Below are positions 50,106 to 60,592 of a stretch of DNA of 64,000 bases, piece after piece. Position 1 is the first letter of the stretch; each line of letters begins with the position of its first letter. Origin of the DNA: Alphaproteobacteria bacterium (GTDB lineage: Bacteria; Pseudomonadota; Alphaproteobacteria; JAAXGF01); assembly GCA_963555825.3 (NCBI GenBank), contig CAUVXB020000001.1:1920001-1984000 (forward strand), written 5' to 3'. A program made the translations under genes and the position numbers. Below the pieces are notes generated by a model. It worked only from the letters and a program-made list of their open reading frames with translations, did not search any database and had not been told where the DNA came from.

Positions 50106-51098
50106 TTACTGGGTTTGCTGCTTGCGGGTGCGCTGGATCTTGCGCCACTTTGCGACGTTACGATTGTGCTCGGCGAGCGTCTCGGCGAAGGCGTGGCCAC
50201 CGGTGCCGTCGGCGACGAAATAGATGTCCTTGGTCGGCAGTGGATCGAGCACGGCGGCGATCGCGGCGCGCCCCGGATTGGCGATCGGCATCGGCGGCAG
50301 GCCGGTGACGCGGTACGTGTTGTAGGGGCTGTCGACATCGAGGTCGGCGCGCGTCAACGGCCGGTCCATGGCGCCGTCGGGGCCGGCGATGGCGTAGATT
50401 ACCGTGGTGTCCGACTGCAGGCGCATGCCCTGGTTTAGCCGGTTGACGAAGACCCCCGCGACGTGCCGCCGTTCCTCGGCGAGCGCGGTCTCCTTCTCAA
50501 CGATCGAGGCAAGTACGCGCGCTTCGGCGGGCGACGCCAGCGGCAGGCCCTCGGCACGGTCGGCCCATAGCTCCGCCAGTGCCGTATCCATCGCACGGCG
50601 CATGCGGTCGGCGATCTCGCGGCGCTTGTCATCGCGCGAGTAATAGTAGGTCTCCGGCAACAACGTGCCCTCGCCCGACACCTCGCCGGTCTCGCCCACG
50701 AGATTGGCCGCGCTGGCAATCATCGCCAGCGTCTGGCGGTTGGTCAGGCCTTCGGGAATGGTCAGGCGGTGCTGAACGGTGCGTCCGCCCAGCAGAACCG
50801 CCATCACGCCCTCGGCGCTGATGCCGGGTGCGAACGCGTACTCGCCGGCCCGCAACGCGCGCGCCTTGCCCGATGCGCGCACGCCGATGGCAAAGACCCA
50901 CCACCGCTCGACGACACCCGCCTTCGCCAGACGCTGCGCGAGTTCGTCGAGGCCAATGCCCTGGGGCAGCATGACGACAATTTCCTCGCGCGCCGGGCCG
51001 GGCCGCTCGAACGCCTGGCGGCCCCATTGGTAGGCGGTCGCGGCGGTAGCGGCGACGATCAGAAGGAATAAGGCGGTACGGGCGAGGATCCGCCGCAC
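50106..51098 (-). CDS. mltG: Endolytic murein transglycosylase
   Basis: TIPEG, EGTLLPETY, ASIVEKE, SPYNTY, GLPPMPIANPG. Confidence 0.95.
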   Translation of the reverse strand: MRRILARTALFLLIVAATAATAYQWGRQAFERPGPAREEIVVMLPQGIGLDELAQRLAKAGVVERWWVFAIGVRASGKARALRAGEYAFAPGISAEGVMAVLLGGRTVQHRLTIPEGLTNRQTLAMIASAANLVGETGEVSGEGTLLPETYYYSRDDKRREIADRMRRAMDTALAELWADRAEGLPLASPAEARVLASIVEKETALAEERRHVAGVFVNRLNQGMRLQSDTTVIYAIAGPDGAMDRPLTRADLDVDSPYNTYRVTGLPPMPIANPGRAAIAAVLDPLPTKDIYFVADGTGGHAFAETLAEHNRNVAKWRKIQRTRKQQTQ

Positions 51099-51102
51099 GG
51101 AC

Positions 51103-52362
51103 TCACGTCACCTTGGAGAATACCAACGAGGCGTTGGTTCCGCCGAAGCCGAAGGAATTCGACAGCGCCACGCGCACCGGTCGTTGCTTGGCGTCGTGGG
51201 GCACCAGGTCGATGTCACAACCAGGCGACGGATTGTCCAGGTTGCGTGTCGGCGGCACGACGCCGTCCTTGATGGCGAGAATCGAGAATACGGCTTCGAC
51301 GCCGCCCGCGGCGCCCAGCAGATGACCGATCGACGATTTCGTCGACGACATCGAGAGCGAATATGCATGGTCGCCGAACAGGCGCTTTACCGCGGACAGC
51401 TCGATCTCGTCGCCCAACGGCGTCGAGGTGCCATGAGCGTTGATGTAATCGACATCGTCGACATTTAACGTGGCGCTTTGCAGCGCCGCGCGCATGGCAC
51501 GAAAACCACCGTTGCCGTCGGGCGGTGGCGCGGTGATGTGGTGCGCGTCGCCCGACATGCCGTAGCCGACGACCTCGGCATAGATCGTCGCGCCGCGTTT
51601 CTTCGCGTGCTCGAGTTCCTCGAGCACGATGATCCCGGCGCCCTCGCCCATGACGAACCCGTCACGATCGCCGTCCCACGGCCGCGACGCACGATCCGGT
51701 TCATCGTTGAAGTGTGTCGAGAGCGCGCGCGCCGCCGCGAAGCCCGCCATGCCCAGCCGGCACACCGCAGCCTCGGCGCCGCCGGCGACGATGACGTCGG
51801 CCTTATCGTCGCGGATCAACCCCGTCGCGTCGCCAATCGCATGGGCGCCGGTCGAACACGCCGTAACGACGGCATGGTTCGGACCCTTGAAGCCAAAGCG
51901 GATCGACACCTGACCCGAGACCAGATTAATCAGCGCCGAGGGAATGAAGAATGGGCTGATGCGCCGCGGCCCACGATTTGCGAGCGTCAGCGAGGCGTCG
52001 TCGATCGATTTCAGACCGCCGATGCCCGAACCGATCATCACCCCTGTGCGTTCGCGCGCGTTTTCGTCGTCGGGCGTCCAGCCGGAATCCTCGACCGCCT
52101 GTACCGCGGCCGCGATGCCGTACAGGATGAAGTCGTCGATTTTGCGCTGGTCTTTCGGCACGACGAAATCGTCGGGGTGGAAGGCGTCCGCATCGTCGCC
52201 GCGCGGAACTTGCGCGGCGACCTGGCAGGAGATGTCGCTGACGTCGAAGGTCTCGATACGGCCGAACCCCGACTCTCCGTCAAGCAGCCGTTCCCAGGAA
52301 CGCTGTACGCCACTGGCGAGTGGCGTGACCAGCCCGAGACCGGTGACGACGACGCGTCTCAT
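51103..52362 (-). CDS. fabF: Beta-ketoacyl-ACP synthase II
   Basis: RRVVVTGLG, VTACSTG, NAHGTST, GHLLGAAG, SNSFGFGGTN. Confidence 0.97.
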   Translation of the reverse strand: MRRVVVTGLGLVTPLASGVQRSWERLLDGESGFGRIETFDVSDISCQVAAQVPRGDDADAFHPDDFVVPKDQRKIDDFILYGIAAAVQAVEDSGWTPDDENARERTGVMIGSGIGGLKSIDDASLTLANRGPRRISPFFIPSALINLVSGQVSIRFGFKGPNHAVVTACSTGAHAIGDATGLIRDDKADVIVAGGAEAAVCRLGMAGFAAARALSTHFNDEPDRASRPWDGDRDGFVMGEGAGIIVLEELEHAKKRGATIYAEVVGYGMSGDAHHITAPPPDGNGGFRAMRAALQSATLNVDDVDYINAHGTSTPLGDEIELSAVKRLFGDHAYSLSMSSTKSSIGHLLGAAGGVEAVFSILAIKDGVVPPTRNLDNPSPGCDIDLVPHDAKQRPVRVALSNSFGFGGTNASLVFSKVT

Positions 52363-52414
52363 GGCGACGGGTCAGGGTGGGGTCGAGAGGACGGCGTGTC
52401 CTGTATGCAACCGG

Positions 52415-52648
52415 CTAGACGTTGTCCCCGATAAAGGTGATGGCGTCTTTTACGGTGAGGATGTTTTCGGCCGCGTCGTCGGGAATCTCGCAACCGAACT
52501 CCTCCTCGAACGCCATGACCAACTCGACCGTATCGAGGCTGTCCGCCCCGAGGTCATCTATGAAGCTCGCCGAATCGGTAACCTTCGCTTCGTCGACCCC
52601 AAGGTGCTCAATAACGATCTTTTTTACGCGCTCAGCGACATCGCTCAT
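52415..52648 (-). CDS. acpP: Acyl carrier protein
   Basis: [20 protein letters not shown]. Confidence 0.98.
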   Translation of the reverse strand: MSDVAERVKKIVIEHLGVDEAKVTDSASFIDDLGADSLDTVELVMAFEEEFGCEIPDDAAENILTVKDAITFIGDNV

Positions 52649-52806
52649 AATCGCTATCCCTCTGTTTTCTAAATTTCGGCTTTCTTTGGCATTGGCGGCG
52701 CCGCTAGCGCCACTTTCGTACAAGATCTCGCCGGCCCCTGAAGGCGAGGTTTCGTAACATACTTTCTAGCCCTTGACCAGTCGCCGCGAACGCGCCCGGA
52801 ACGGCA

Positions 52807-53544
52807 TCAAACCATGAGCAATCCGCCGTTCACATGGAGCGTCTGACCGGTGACGTAAGCCGCTTCGTCACTCGCCAGGAACACGGCGCATCCGGCGATA
52901 TCCTCGGGCACGCCGGCGCGACCCATCGGGATGCGGCCGAGCATCGCGTCGCGCGCCACGTCGCCCAGCACGGCGGTCATCGCGGTCTCGACCATGCCAG
53001 GCGCGATGCAGTTGACGGTAATGCTGCGGCGCGCCACTTCCTGCGCCAACGCCTTGCTGAAACCGGCCATGCCCGCCTTCGCCGCGGCATAATTCGTCTG
53101 ACCCGGGTTGCCACTCGTTCCGACCACCGAAGTGACGCCGATGACCCGGCCCCATCGTTGCTTCAACATGCCGCGTAGCACGGCGCGGGTCAGTCGGAAG
53201 GCCGCAGTGAGGTCGACGTCGATGACGGTCTGCCAATCGTCGTCGCTCATGCGCATCATCAGGCCGTCGCGCGTCAGCCCGGCGTTGTTGACCAGGATAT
53301 CGAGACCGCCCATCACCGCCTCGGCCACTGCCGGCAACGCTGCCAGCGCCTCGGCATCGGCCAGATCGGCCGTTGTGACATGGGCCCGTTCGCCGAGTTC
53401 GCTGGCGAGCGCGTCGAGCGCGTCGCGCCGGGTGCCCGATAGCGCCACGGCCGCCCCCTGGGCATGGAGCGCGCGGGCGATGGCGCCGCCGATGCCACCC
53501 GACGCGCCGGTCACCAGCGCACGTCTGCCGCTCAAGTCGAACAT
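52807..53544 (-). CDS. fabG: 3-oxoacyl-ACP reductase
   Basis: TGASGGIG, NNAGLTRD, GQTNYAAAKAG; fab cluster context. Confidence 0.96.
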   Translation of the reverse strand: MFDLSGRRALVTGASGGIGGAIARALHAQGAAVALSGTRRDALDALASELGERAHVTTADLADAEALAALPAVAEAVMGGLDILVNNAGLTRDGLMMRMSDDDWQTVIDVDLTAAFRLTRAVLRGMLKQRWGRVIGVTSVVGTSGNPGQTNYAAAKAGMAGFSKALAQEVARRSITVNCIAPGMVETAMTAVLGDVARDAMLGRIPMGRAGVPEDIAGCAVFLASDEAAYVTGQTLHVNGGLLMV

Positions 53545-53555
53545 CGCACAAACCC

Positions 53556-54497
53556 CTATAATGTCTGCAGCAAAGCCTCGATGTCGTCGGGCGCCGCGAC
53601 CGATATGGCCGAAAGATCGCGGTCGATACGCCGCGCGAGACCGCTCAATACCTTGCCCGCGCCCAGCTCGACCAGCGTGTCGACGCCGTGGTTGCGCATG
53701 TACAGCACGCTCTCGCGCCAGCGCACCCGTCCCGTCACCTGCTCGACGAGCAGCCGGCGGATGTCGGCCGGTACGGCGACCGGCGCGGCGGTCACGTTGG
53801 CGATCACGGGGACCGACGGCGCCGCGATGATCACGCCGTCCAGGGCTTCCGACATGGCATCGGCCGCCGGCGCCATGAGCGCGCAATGGAAGGGTGCGCT
53901 TACGGGCAGTTCGACGCATCGCCGCGCGCCGTGGTCGGGCGCGATCACGATAGCGCGCTCGACCGCCGCGCGCGCGCCGCTGATGACGACTTGGCCCGGT
54001 GCGTTGTCGTTGGCCGCGACGCAGACTTCGCCCTCGGCCGCCGCCTCGGCAACCGCCTCGGCGGCCTCGATGTCGAGACCCAGTAGCGCCGCCATCGCGC
54101 CCTCGCCAACCGGCACCGCCTGTTGCATGGCCTGGCCGCGATGACGCACCAGGCGCACCGTATCGGCCAGACCGAGGGCGCCTGCCGCCGCCAGCGCGGC
54201 GTATTCACCGACCGAATGGCCGGCGACGAATTCGGCATTCTCGGCCAGCGTCACACCGCCCTCGCTTTCGACGACCCGCACCACCGCCAGCGACATCGCG
54301 GCCAGTGCGGGTTGCGTGTTCTCGGTGAGCGTCAACTCGTCCTCGGGGCCGTCGAACATCAGCCGCGAGAGGTGTCGGTCGAGTGCGTCGTCGACCTCCT
54401 CGAACACGTGCCGCGCAGCGGGAAAGGCCTCGGCGAGAACGCTGCCCATGCCGACATGCTGAGACCCCTGGCCCGGAAAAACGTATGCACGCGCCAC
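53556..54497 (-). CDS. fabD: Malonyl-CoA:ACP transacylase
   Basis: FPGQGSQ, GHSVGEY, VSAPFHC. Confidence 0.97.
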   Translation of the reverse strand: MARAYVFPGQGSQHVGMGSVLAEAFPAARHVFEEVDDALDRHLSRLMFDGPEDELTLTENTQPALAAMSLAVVRVVESEGGVTLAENAEFVAGHSVGEYAALAAAGALGLADTVRLVRHRGQAMQQAVPVGEGAMAALLGLDIEAAEAVAEAAAEGEVCVAANDNAPGQVVISGARAAVERAIVIAPDHGARRCVELPVSAPFHCALMAPAADAMSEALDGVIIAAPSVPVIANVTAAPVAVPADIRRLLVEQVTGRVRWRESVLYMRNHGVDTLVELGAGKVLSGLARRIDRDLSAISVAAPDDIEALLQTL

Positions 54498-54620
54498 GCT
54501 TTCACCCCCTTTCGCGATGATCTGATTGCCCGATGGGCGAAGCTTACAATCGGCAACGTCACGGGGACTGTCAAGCGCGCTTGCGCGGCGCGCGAATTCG
54601 AGTATAGTGCGCCGCCTCAT

Positions 54621-54717
54621 AGCTCCTTGCCGGCCTAGCCGGCTTAGCTCGAACCGCCGTAGCGCGAGTTGTTTCGCCCGGCGCCGAGCACCCAACAGCC
54701 AGAAGGAGTAGCTAGGG
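54621..54717 (+). promoter_or_regulatory. Probable S6:S18 autoregulatory leader RNA
   Basis: CTCCTT (54623-54628) can pair with the SD AAGGAG; CCC motif just 5' of the SD; located upstream of rpsF-rpsR. Confidence 0.6.
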
Positions 54718-55410
54718 ATGCCGCTCTACGAGAGCACGTTTATCGCGCGCCATGACATGTCGACCCGCCAGGTCGAATCTCTGGCCGAAGATATAACCAC
54801 CATCGTCAAGGACAACGGGGGCGAGGTCGCCAAGACCGAGTTCTGGGGTCCACGCACGCTGGCCTACCGGATCAAGAAGAACCGCAAGGGCCACTACGTC
54901 TTCTTCAATCTGGATGCGCCGTCCGAAGCGGTCCAGGAATACGAGCGCAACATGCGCCTCAACGAGGACGTTCTGCGCTACATGACGGTTCGTGTCGACG
55001 AACTCGATCCCAACCCGTCCGCGATCATGCAATCGCGCTCGGCGCGCGACGATCGGTCGCGCCGTGGCGGACCCGGGAGAGACCATGGCGACGCGGCACC
55101 GGGCGACGGCGAGGCGGCAAAGACCAAGGATGAGCCTGCCGCCAAGGCGGAACCCGCGGCCGACGGCGACACGGCGAAATCGCCTGACCCGGCGACGCCC
55201 GACACCGCCGCGGCGGCAGCCGAGGCCACGCCGACCGAGGCGGCGAGCGAAGCGGCTGACGCGGCGGCAGCCGACGCCACGCCAACCGAGGCGAAGAGCG
55301 AAGCTGCCGACACTAAGAAGCCCAAGCCCAAGCCCAAGGCCAAGGCCAAATCGAAGGCCAAGAAGGCGGACGACGACGCAAGCGCTGACGAAGATGGAGA
55401 GACGTCATGA
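54718..55410 (+). CDS. rpsF: 30S ribosomal protein S6 with long low-complexity C-terminal tail
   Basis: [26 protein letters not shown]. Confidence 0.96.
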   Translation: MPLYESTFIARHDMSTRQVESLAEDITTIVKDNGGEVAKTEFWGPRTLAYRIKKNRKGHYVFFNLDAPSEAVQEYERNMRLNEDVLRYMTVRVDELDPNPSAIMQSRSARDDRSRRGGPGRDHGDAAPGDGEAAKTKDEPAAKAEPAADGDTAKSPDPATPDTAAAAAEATPTEAASEAADAAAADATPTEAKSEAADTKKPKPKPKAKAKSKAKKADDDASADEDGETS

Positions 55411-55682
55411 CCGAAGCAAGCGAGGCCGCGGGCGGTACCACGGTTGCACGGCCCGAGCCGCGCCGGCCTTTCGTCCGGCGCCGCAAGGTGTGCCCCTTCT
55501 CGGGCGATAACTCGCCCAAGATCGACTACAAGGATGTCAAGCTGCTCCAGCGCTACCTGTCTGAGCGCGGCAAAATCGTGCCGAGCCGAATCACGGCAGT
55601 GTCCGCGAAGCGGCAGCGCGAATTGGCCCGGGCGATCAAGCGGGCACGCAATCTGGCGCTGCTGCCGTTCGTCGTCAAATAG
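55407..55682 (+). CDS. rpsR: 30S ribosomal protein S18
   Basis: [34 protein letters not shown]. Confidence 0.98.
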   Translation: MTEASEAAGGTTVARPEPRRPFVRRRKVCPFSGDNSPKIDYKDVKLLQRYLSERGKIVPSRITAVSAKRQRELARAIKRARNLALLPFVVK

Positions 55683-55709
55683 GAATTGTCGGCGGCCGCC
55701 GGACATCTC

Positions 55710-56657
55710 ATGTGGAAGCAGCTCGCCATCGTTCTAACGGCCGGAGTCGCCAGCGGTTTGGTATTCGTTGCACCGTCGGCGAATGCATCGGTTGGATTGC
55801 TCGTGATCAACTATTTCGCGCAGTTGCCCCTGTTGCTCATCGGTCTCAGTCTCGGCACGATGTCGGTCGCCACGGCGGGTATGGCGGCGCTCGTATCGGT
55901 CACCGTCGTCATCGGACTGGCCGGCGCGCTGCAGTACCTGATCGTCTTCGTCATCCCGGCCATGGTCGTCGTCAACCGTTCGCTGCTTAGCCGGGTGGGG
56001 CCCGACGGCGGTACCGAATGGTATCCGACCGGCAACCTGTTAGCGATCCTTGCCGGTTACGGCGCCATCGCATTCATCGCGGTGTTGATCATGCTCGCCG
56101 GCCAAGACGGTGGCCTTCGTGCCTTGATCCAAGACGCGATCGTCGCATTCGTCGCGATGTTCGCGCCCTCAGTGCCCGAGGGCGATCTGATCGCCATCGC
56201 GAAGCATTGGGCGCAATCGGTGCCGGCGATGATCGTCATGTCTTGGATGCTGATGATCGTCGTCAATTCGGCGATCGCGCAGAGCACATTGGTGGCCTCG
56301 GCCAAGAATTTCCGCCCGACACCCCGCTATTCATACTTCGAGCTGCCCCGATTGCTGGCCGCGATACTCGCGGCGGCCCTCGCCGTTTGGGCGCTTGGCA
56401 CAGACGACGTGGCGTTCATTGGCCGCACGCTCTCGATGGTCTTCGCGACACCATACTTTTTGCTCGGTCTTGCGGTTATTCACCGGCTGGTAAGTAAGTG
56501 GCCGTTACGCCGCCTGTTTTTGATCATTTTTTACATCATGCTGCTTCTGCTTTTGGACTGGCCCAGCTTCGCCGCGGTGGTCGGGCTCGGCTTTGCCGAG
56601 CAGTGGCTTGGACTGCGCCGGCGCTACGCGACTGGCCCGCCAGCTAAGGAGGACTAA
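55710..56657 (+). CDS. DUF2232-family membrane protein
   Basis: Multiple TM helices, EWYPTG, LLGLAVIH; usual position between rpsR and rplI. Confidence 0.8.
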   Translation: MWKQLAIVLTAGVASGLVFVAPSANASVGLLVINYFAQLPLLLIGLSLGTMSVATAGMAALVSVTVVIGLAGALQYLIVFVIPAMVVVNRSLLSRVGPDGGTEWYPTGNLLAILAGYGAIAFIAVLIMLAGQDGGLRALIQDAIVAFVAMFAPSVPEGDLIAIAKHWAQSVPAMIVMSWMLMIVVNSAIAQSTLVASAKNFRPTPRYSYFELPRLLAAILAAALAVWALGTDDVAFIGRTLSMVFATPYFLLGLAVIHRLVSKWPLRRLFLIIFYIMLLLLLDWPSFAAVVGLGFAEQWLGLRRRYATGPPAKED

Positions 56658-56659
56658 TC

Positions 56660-57334
56660 ATGCAAGTGATCCTGCTCGAACGGATCGAAAAGCTCGGACA
56701 GATGGGCGACGTGGTCGACGTCAAGCCGGGCTATGCGCGCAATTTTCTGATGCCCAAGGGGAAGGCGTTGCGCGCAACCAAAGATAATTTGGCGCAGTTC
56801 GAGCAGCGCCGTGGGCAGCTCGAGGCGACGAATATCGAAAAGCGCAGCGAGGCCGAGGCGCTCGCCGATCAAGCCAAGGAATTCGCCTGCATCCTGTTGC
56901 GCCAGGCGAGCGATAGCGCCCAGCTCTATGGCTCGGTCACGGCGCGCGACATCGCGCAGGCGATCAGCGACAGCGGCGTGACGGTTCACCGCACCCAGGT
57001 CATGCTCGATCAGCCGATCAAGATGCTCGGCATCCACACGGTTCGCGTCGCGCTGCACCCCGAGGTGATCATCGACACCGAGGTCAACGTCGCGCGCACC
57101 GCCGAGGAAGCCGAAGCGCAGGCCGGGGCCGCCGCGCGCGGCGAAGCTCTGCCGACGCTCGCCGCGGCCGAGCCCGAAGAGGCTGGTGATGCCGAGGCGG
57201 CGCAAGAGGCGCCGGCCGATGATGACAGCAGCGACGAACCCGACGGGACCGAGACCGAGGCGGTCGAAACGGCGAGCGAATCCGAGGCCGAGCCCGGCGG
57301 CACCGATACGGGCGAAGCCGACCCAAAGGACTGA
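56660..57334 (+). CDS. rplI: 50S ribosomal protein L9 with acidic tail
   Basis: MQVILLE, VKPGYARNFL, LYGSV. Confidence 0.97.
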   Translation: MQVILLERIEKLGQMGDVVDVKPGYARNFLMPKGKALRATKDNLAQFEQRRGQLEATNIEKRSEAEALADQAKEFACILLRQASDSAQLYGSVTARDIAQAISDSGVTVHRTQVMLDQPIKMLGIHTVRVALHPEVIIDTEVNVARTAEEAEAQAGAAARGEALPTLAAAEPEEAGDAEAAQEAPADDDSSDEPDGTETEAVETASESEAEPGGTDTGEADPKD

Positions 57335-57621
57335 TGGCCCTGCCCTGCCGATGCAGGGCGTCGTCTACGCAGTCCCGCCGTGGCAGCCGGCCCCGACGGG
57401 TTCAGACCGGCGTGCGCCGCGAATTTGCCACAGGCGCGCCGGACGGCGCGGCGCTGTCGTTTACCTCGACGTCGGCTCGACTATCCCCGATGTTATCCCC
57501 CTGTGGACGGAATCAATCCCCAAGTAATTCGATCCAGTCGCTAGCATTGAGACTGCATGCCGGGTGCCATACGTGTTACATAACTGGCCGAGGTGAGGAT
57601 CGATAGGTCGGTGGGTGGTTG

Positions 57622-59136
57622 ATGGCGGTAGAGAGCGTTTTCAGCGAACGGGACGACAGCGTTTCATACCGCAGCCTGCCCCACAATATCGAGGCCGAAC
57701 AGGCGCTGCTTGGCGCCATGCTGGTCAACAACGAAGTCGCCAACCGGGTCTCGGCGTTCCTCAGACCGGACCATTTTTTCCAACCGGTTCACGGCCGCAT
57801 CCACGAAGCCATTCTGGCGCTCGTCGAGCGCGGCCAGATCGCGACGCCGGTCACGCTGAAGACCTATTTCGAGGGCGACGAGGCACTCGTCGACGTCGGC
57901 GGCGCCCAATATCTCGCCCGGCTCGCCGGCTCGGCCGTGACGATCATCAATGCCGAGGACTACGGGCGCACGGTCCACGACCTCTACCTCCGCCGCGAAC
58001 TGATCAATCTCGGCGAAGACGTCGTCAACACGGCGTTCGACCACCGCGTCGACACGCCGGCCCAGGCGCAGATCGAGGAGACCGAGCAGCACCTCTTCAA
58101 CCTCGCCGAGGAGGGCCAGTACGAAGGCGGATTCGTCGCGATGCGGGAGTCGCTCGATACCGCGATCGGCGTGATGGAGAGCGCCTACAAGCGCGACGGG
58201 GGTATGACTGGCGTGCCCACGGGACTGGTCGACATGGACAACCTGCTCGGCGGGATGCACGCGTCGGACTTGATCATCATCGCCGGCCGGCCTTCGATGG
58301 GCAAGTCCGCGCTCGCCACCAATATCGCCTTCCACGCCGCCAAGAACTATCGCGTCGAGACCGACGACGACGGCAACCCGGCCGTCGCCGACGGCGCCGT
58401 CGTTGGGTTCTTTTCGCTCGAAATGTCGGCCGAGCAACTGGCTCTCCGCATCCTCGCCGAGGAGACCGGTGTCCCGTCCGAGAAGCTGCGGCGCGGTCAG
58501 CTGACCCGGGCCGATTTCGAAAATGTCGTGCTGGCGAGCCAGCAACTGAGCCGCGTGCCCTTCTTCATCGATGACACGCCGGCGCTCTCGGTCGCCGCGC
58601 TGCGCACCCGGGCGCGCAGGCTCAAGCGCACGCACAAACTTTCCATGGTCGTCGTCGACTATCTGCAGTTGCTGCAGCCGGCCGGGCGGTCCCGGCACGA
58701 TAACCGCGTCGTCGAGATCGGGCAGATCACCCAGGGCCTCAAGGCGCTGGCCAAGGAACTCGACGTGCCGGTGCTCGCGCTCGCCCAGTTGTCGCGCGCG
58801 GTCGAACAGCGCGAGGACAAGCGTCCGCTGTTGTCCGATTTGCGTGAATCGGGCTCGATCGAGCAGGATGCCGACGTGGTCATGTTCATCTTCCGCGAAG
58901 AGTATTATCTGAGCCGCAGCGAACCGACCCACCGGACCGAAGAATCCGACGAGAAGTACACCGAGCGCTACCAAAAATGGCACTCGAGGCTCGAGTCGGT
59001 CGCCGGTACCGCGGAAGTCATCGTCGCCAAGCAACGCCACGGCCCGATCGGCAACCTGCGCCTGCAGTTCACCGGAGAAACGACGAAATTCTCCAATCTC
59101 GACTCCGATCACGGTGTTGAAGATGCCCCGTTCTGA
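57622..59136 (+). CDS. dnaB: Replicative DNA helicase
   Basis: PHNIEAEQ, AGRPSMGKS, FSLEM, VDYLQL, LSDLRESGSIEQDAD, KQRHGP. Confidence 0.98.
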   Translation: MAVESVFSERDDSVSYRSLPHNIEAEQALLGAMLVNNEVANRVSAFLRPDHFFQPVHGRIHEAILALVERGQIATPVTLKTYFEGDEALVDVGGAQYLARLAGSAVTIINAEDYGRTVHDLYLRRELINLGEDVVNTAFDHRVDTPAQAQIEETEQHLFNLAEEGQYEGGFVAMRESLDTAIGVMESAYKRDGGMTGVPTGLVDMDNLLGGMHASDLIIIAGRPSMGKSALATNIAFHAAKNYRVETDDDGNPAVADGAVVGFFSLEMSAEQLALRILAEETGVPSEKLRRGQLTRADFENVVLASQQLSRVPFFIDDTPALSVAALRTRARRLKRTHKLSMVVVDYLQLLQPAGRSRHDNRVVEIGQITQGLKALAKELDVPVLALAQLSRAVEQREDKRPLLSDLRESGSIEQDADVVMFIFREEYYLSRSEPTHRTEESDEKYTERYQKWHSRLESVAGTAEVIVAKQRHGPIGNLRLQFTGETTKFSNLDSDHGVEDAPF

Positions 59137-59378
59137 GGCCTCGCCGATCGGCTCGGACGCGCGCTTGCGGCCCGACGACGCGACGCGGTTGGAACCAAAG
59201 CGCCGCACAGTCTGGGCGCGATCTCACGGTTTCTCGATGGCCGGCACCACGCCGCCTCGATTCGCCAATCGTCACGCGGACGCGTCGCGCCGCCGTTTGG
59301 TCGACTCGGCGCCCGACGCCGAGACACCGACGGAATAGCGGCGTTCGCCACGTACGTCACCTTCCGACCGGTCCGACC

Positions 59379-60482
59379 ATGAACGACATCGAGCGCGCCA
59401 GCGCGGTCCTGACCATCGATCTCGACGCGGTCGCCGAAAATTATCGTCGTCTTTCCACTCACTCGGGTGTCGCCGAATGTGCGGCGATGGTCAAGGCGAA
59501 CGCCTACGGCGTCGGCATCGAACGTGTCGCGCCGGTCCTCGCGCGTGTCGGCTGCCGTCAATTCTTCACGGCTTCGCTCGACGAAGGCATGCGCCTACGA
59601 GCGCTGGAGCCCGAGATCGACATCGCCGTCCTGAATGGCGTTTTGGGCGGCGACGAAGAGACCTACGAATGCCACCGCCTGGTTCCTGTGCTGAACGATC
59701 TCGGCCAGATCGAGCGCTGGGCGCGGCGCGGCCTCAATGACAATCCGCGGGCCGCCATCATCCACCTGGACACCGGCATGTGCCGCCTTGGCCTGCCGGC
59801 GGACGAAGTCGACCGCCTCGCCGATGAGCCGACGCGGCTCGACGGCCTCGATCTTCGCCTCGTCATGAGCCACCTCGCCTGCGCCGAGGACCCGGCGCAT
59901 GCCATGAACGAGGCGCAGCGCAAGCTCTTCGAGGCGCAGCGCGCGCGTTTGCCGGCGGCCCCGGCAAGCCTCGCCAACTCGGCGGGCATCTTCTTCGGTG
60001 CCGAATACCATCTCGACATGGTGCGCCCGGGGATCGCGCTCTATGGTTCGAATCCGCTTTTTGGCGCACCGAATCCGATGGTTGAAGTCGTTCGATTACA
60101 GGGCAAAATCACTCAGCTGCGTGACGTTGACTCGCCCCAGACCGTTGGCTATGGTGCCGCGCATCGTGTCGCCGGGCCGGGGCGAATCGCAACCGTGCCG
60201 GTCGGTTATGCCGACGGATATTTGCGATCGGCCAGTGGCCGCGCCTTCGCCGCGATCGGCGACACTCGGGTGCCGTTGGTGGGGCGCGTTTCGATGGATT
60301 TGATAACCCTCGATGTTTCGACCCTGCCGCCCGGTCGCGCCGAAATCGGCACGACCGTCGACCTCATTGGCGGCCCTTGCCCAATCGACGAAGTCGCTGG
60401 CTGGGCCGGTTCGATCGCCAACGAGTTTCTCACCGGCCTCGGGGCCCGTTATGCGCGCCGCTACGTCGGCGAGGAAACATAG
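59379..60482 (+). CDS. alr: Alanine racemase
   Basis: VKANAYG PLP lysine, DTGMCRLG, MSHLACA, RPGIALYG, GYADG, GRVSMD. Confidence 0.96.
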   Translation: MNDIERASAVLTIDLDAVAENYRRLSTHSGVAECAAMVKANAYGVGIERVAPVLARVGCRQFFTASLDEGMRLRALEPEIDIAVLNGVLGGDEETYECHRLVPVLNDLGQIERWARRGLNDNPRAAIIHLDTGMCRLGLPADEVDRLADEPTRLDGLDLRLVMSHLACAEDPAHAMNEAQRKLFEAQRARLPAAPASLANSAGIFFGAEYHLDMVRPGIALYGSNPLFGAPNPMVEVVRLQGKITQLRDVDSPQTVGYGAAHRVAGPGRIATVPVGYADGYLRSASGRAFAAIGDTRVPLVGRVSMDLITLDVSTLPPGRAEIGTTVDLIGGPCPIDEVAGWAGSIANEFLTGLGARYARRYVGEET

Positions 60483-60485
60483 ACG

Positions 60486-60551
60486 ATGAACCCGCTCGCA
60501 CTCATCGGCCGCGCCGAAGGTCCGAACCAGATGGCGGTAAGGAACGCGTGA
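60486..60551 (+). pseudogene. Probable mlaE/mlaF fusion remnant (deletion scar)
   Basis: 21-aa ORF MNPLALIGRAEGPNQMAVRNA resembles an MlaE N-terminus joined to an MlaF C-terminus, at the usual mlaEF position between alr and radA. Confidence 0.55.
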
Positions 60552-60592
60552 ACGCCTCGGCGCCGTTTTCGGCCACGCCCGAGGCCCGTTGA

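Noticed and set aside
57664-59208. 514-aa minus-strand ORF
   Set aside because: Antisense shadow of dnaB
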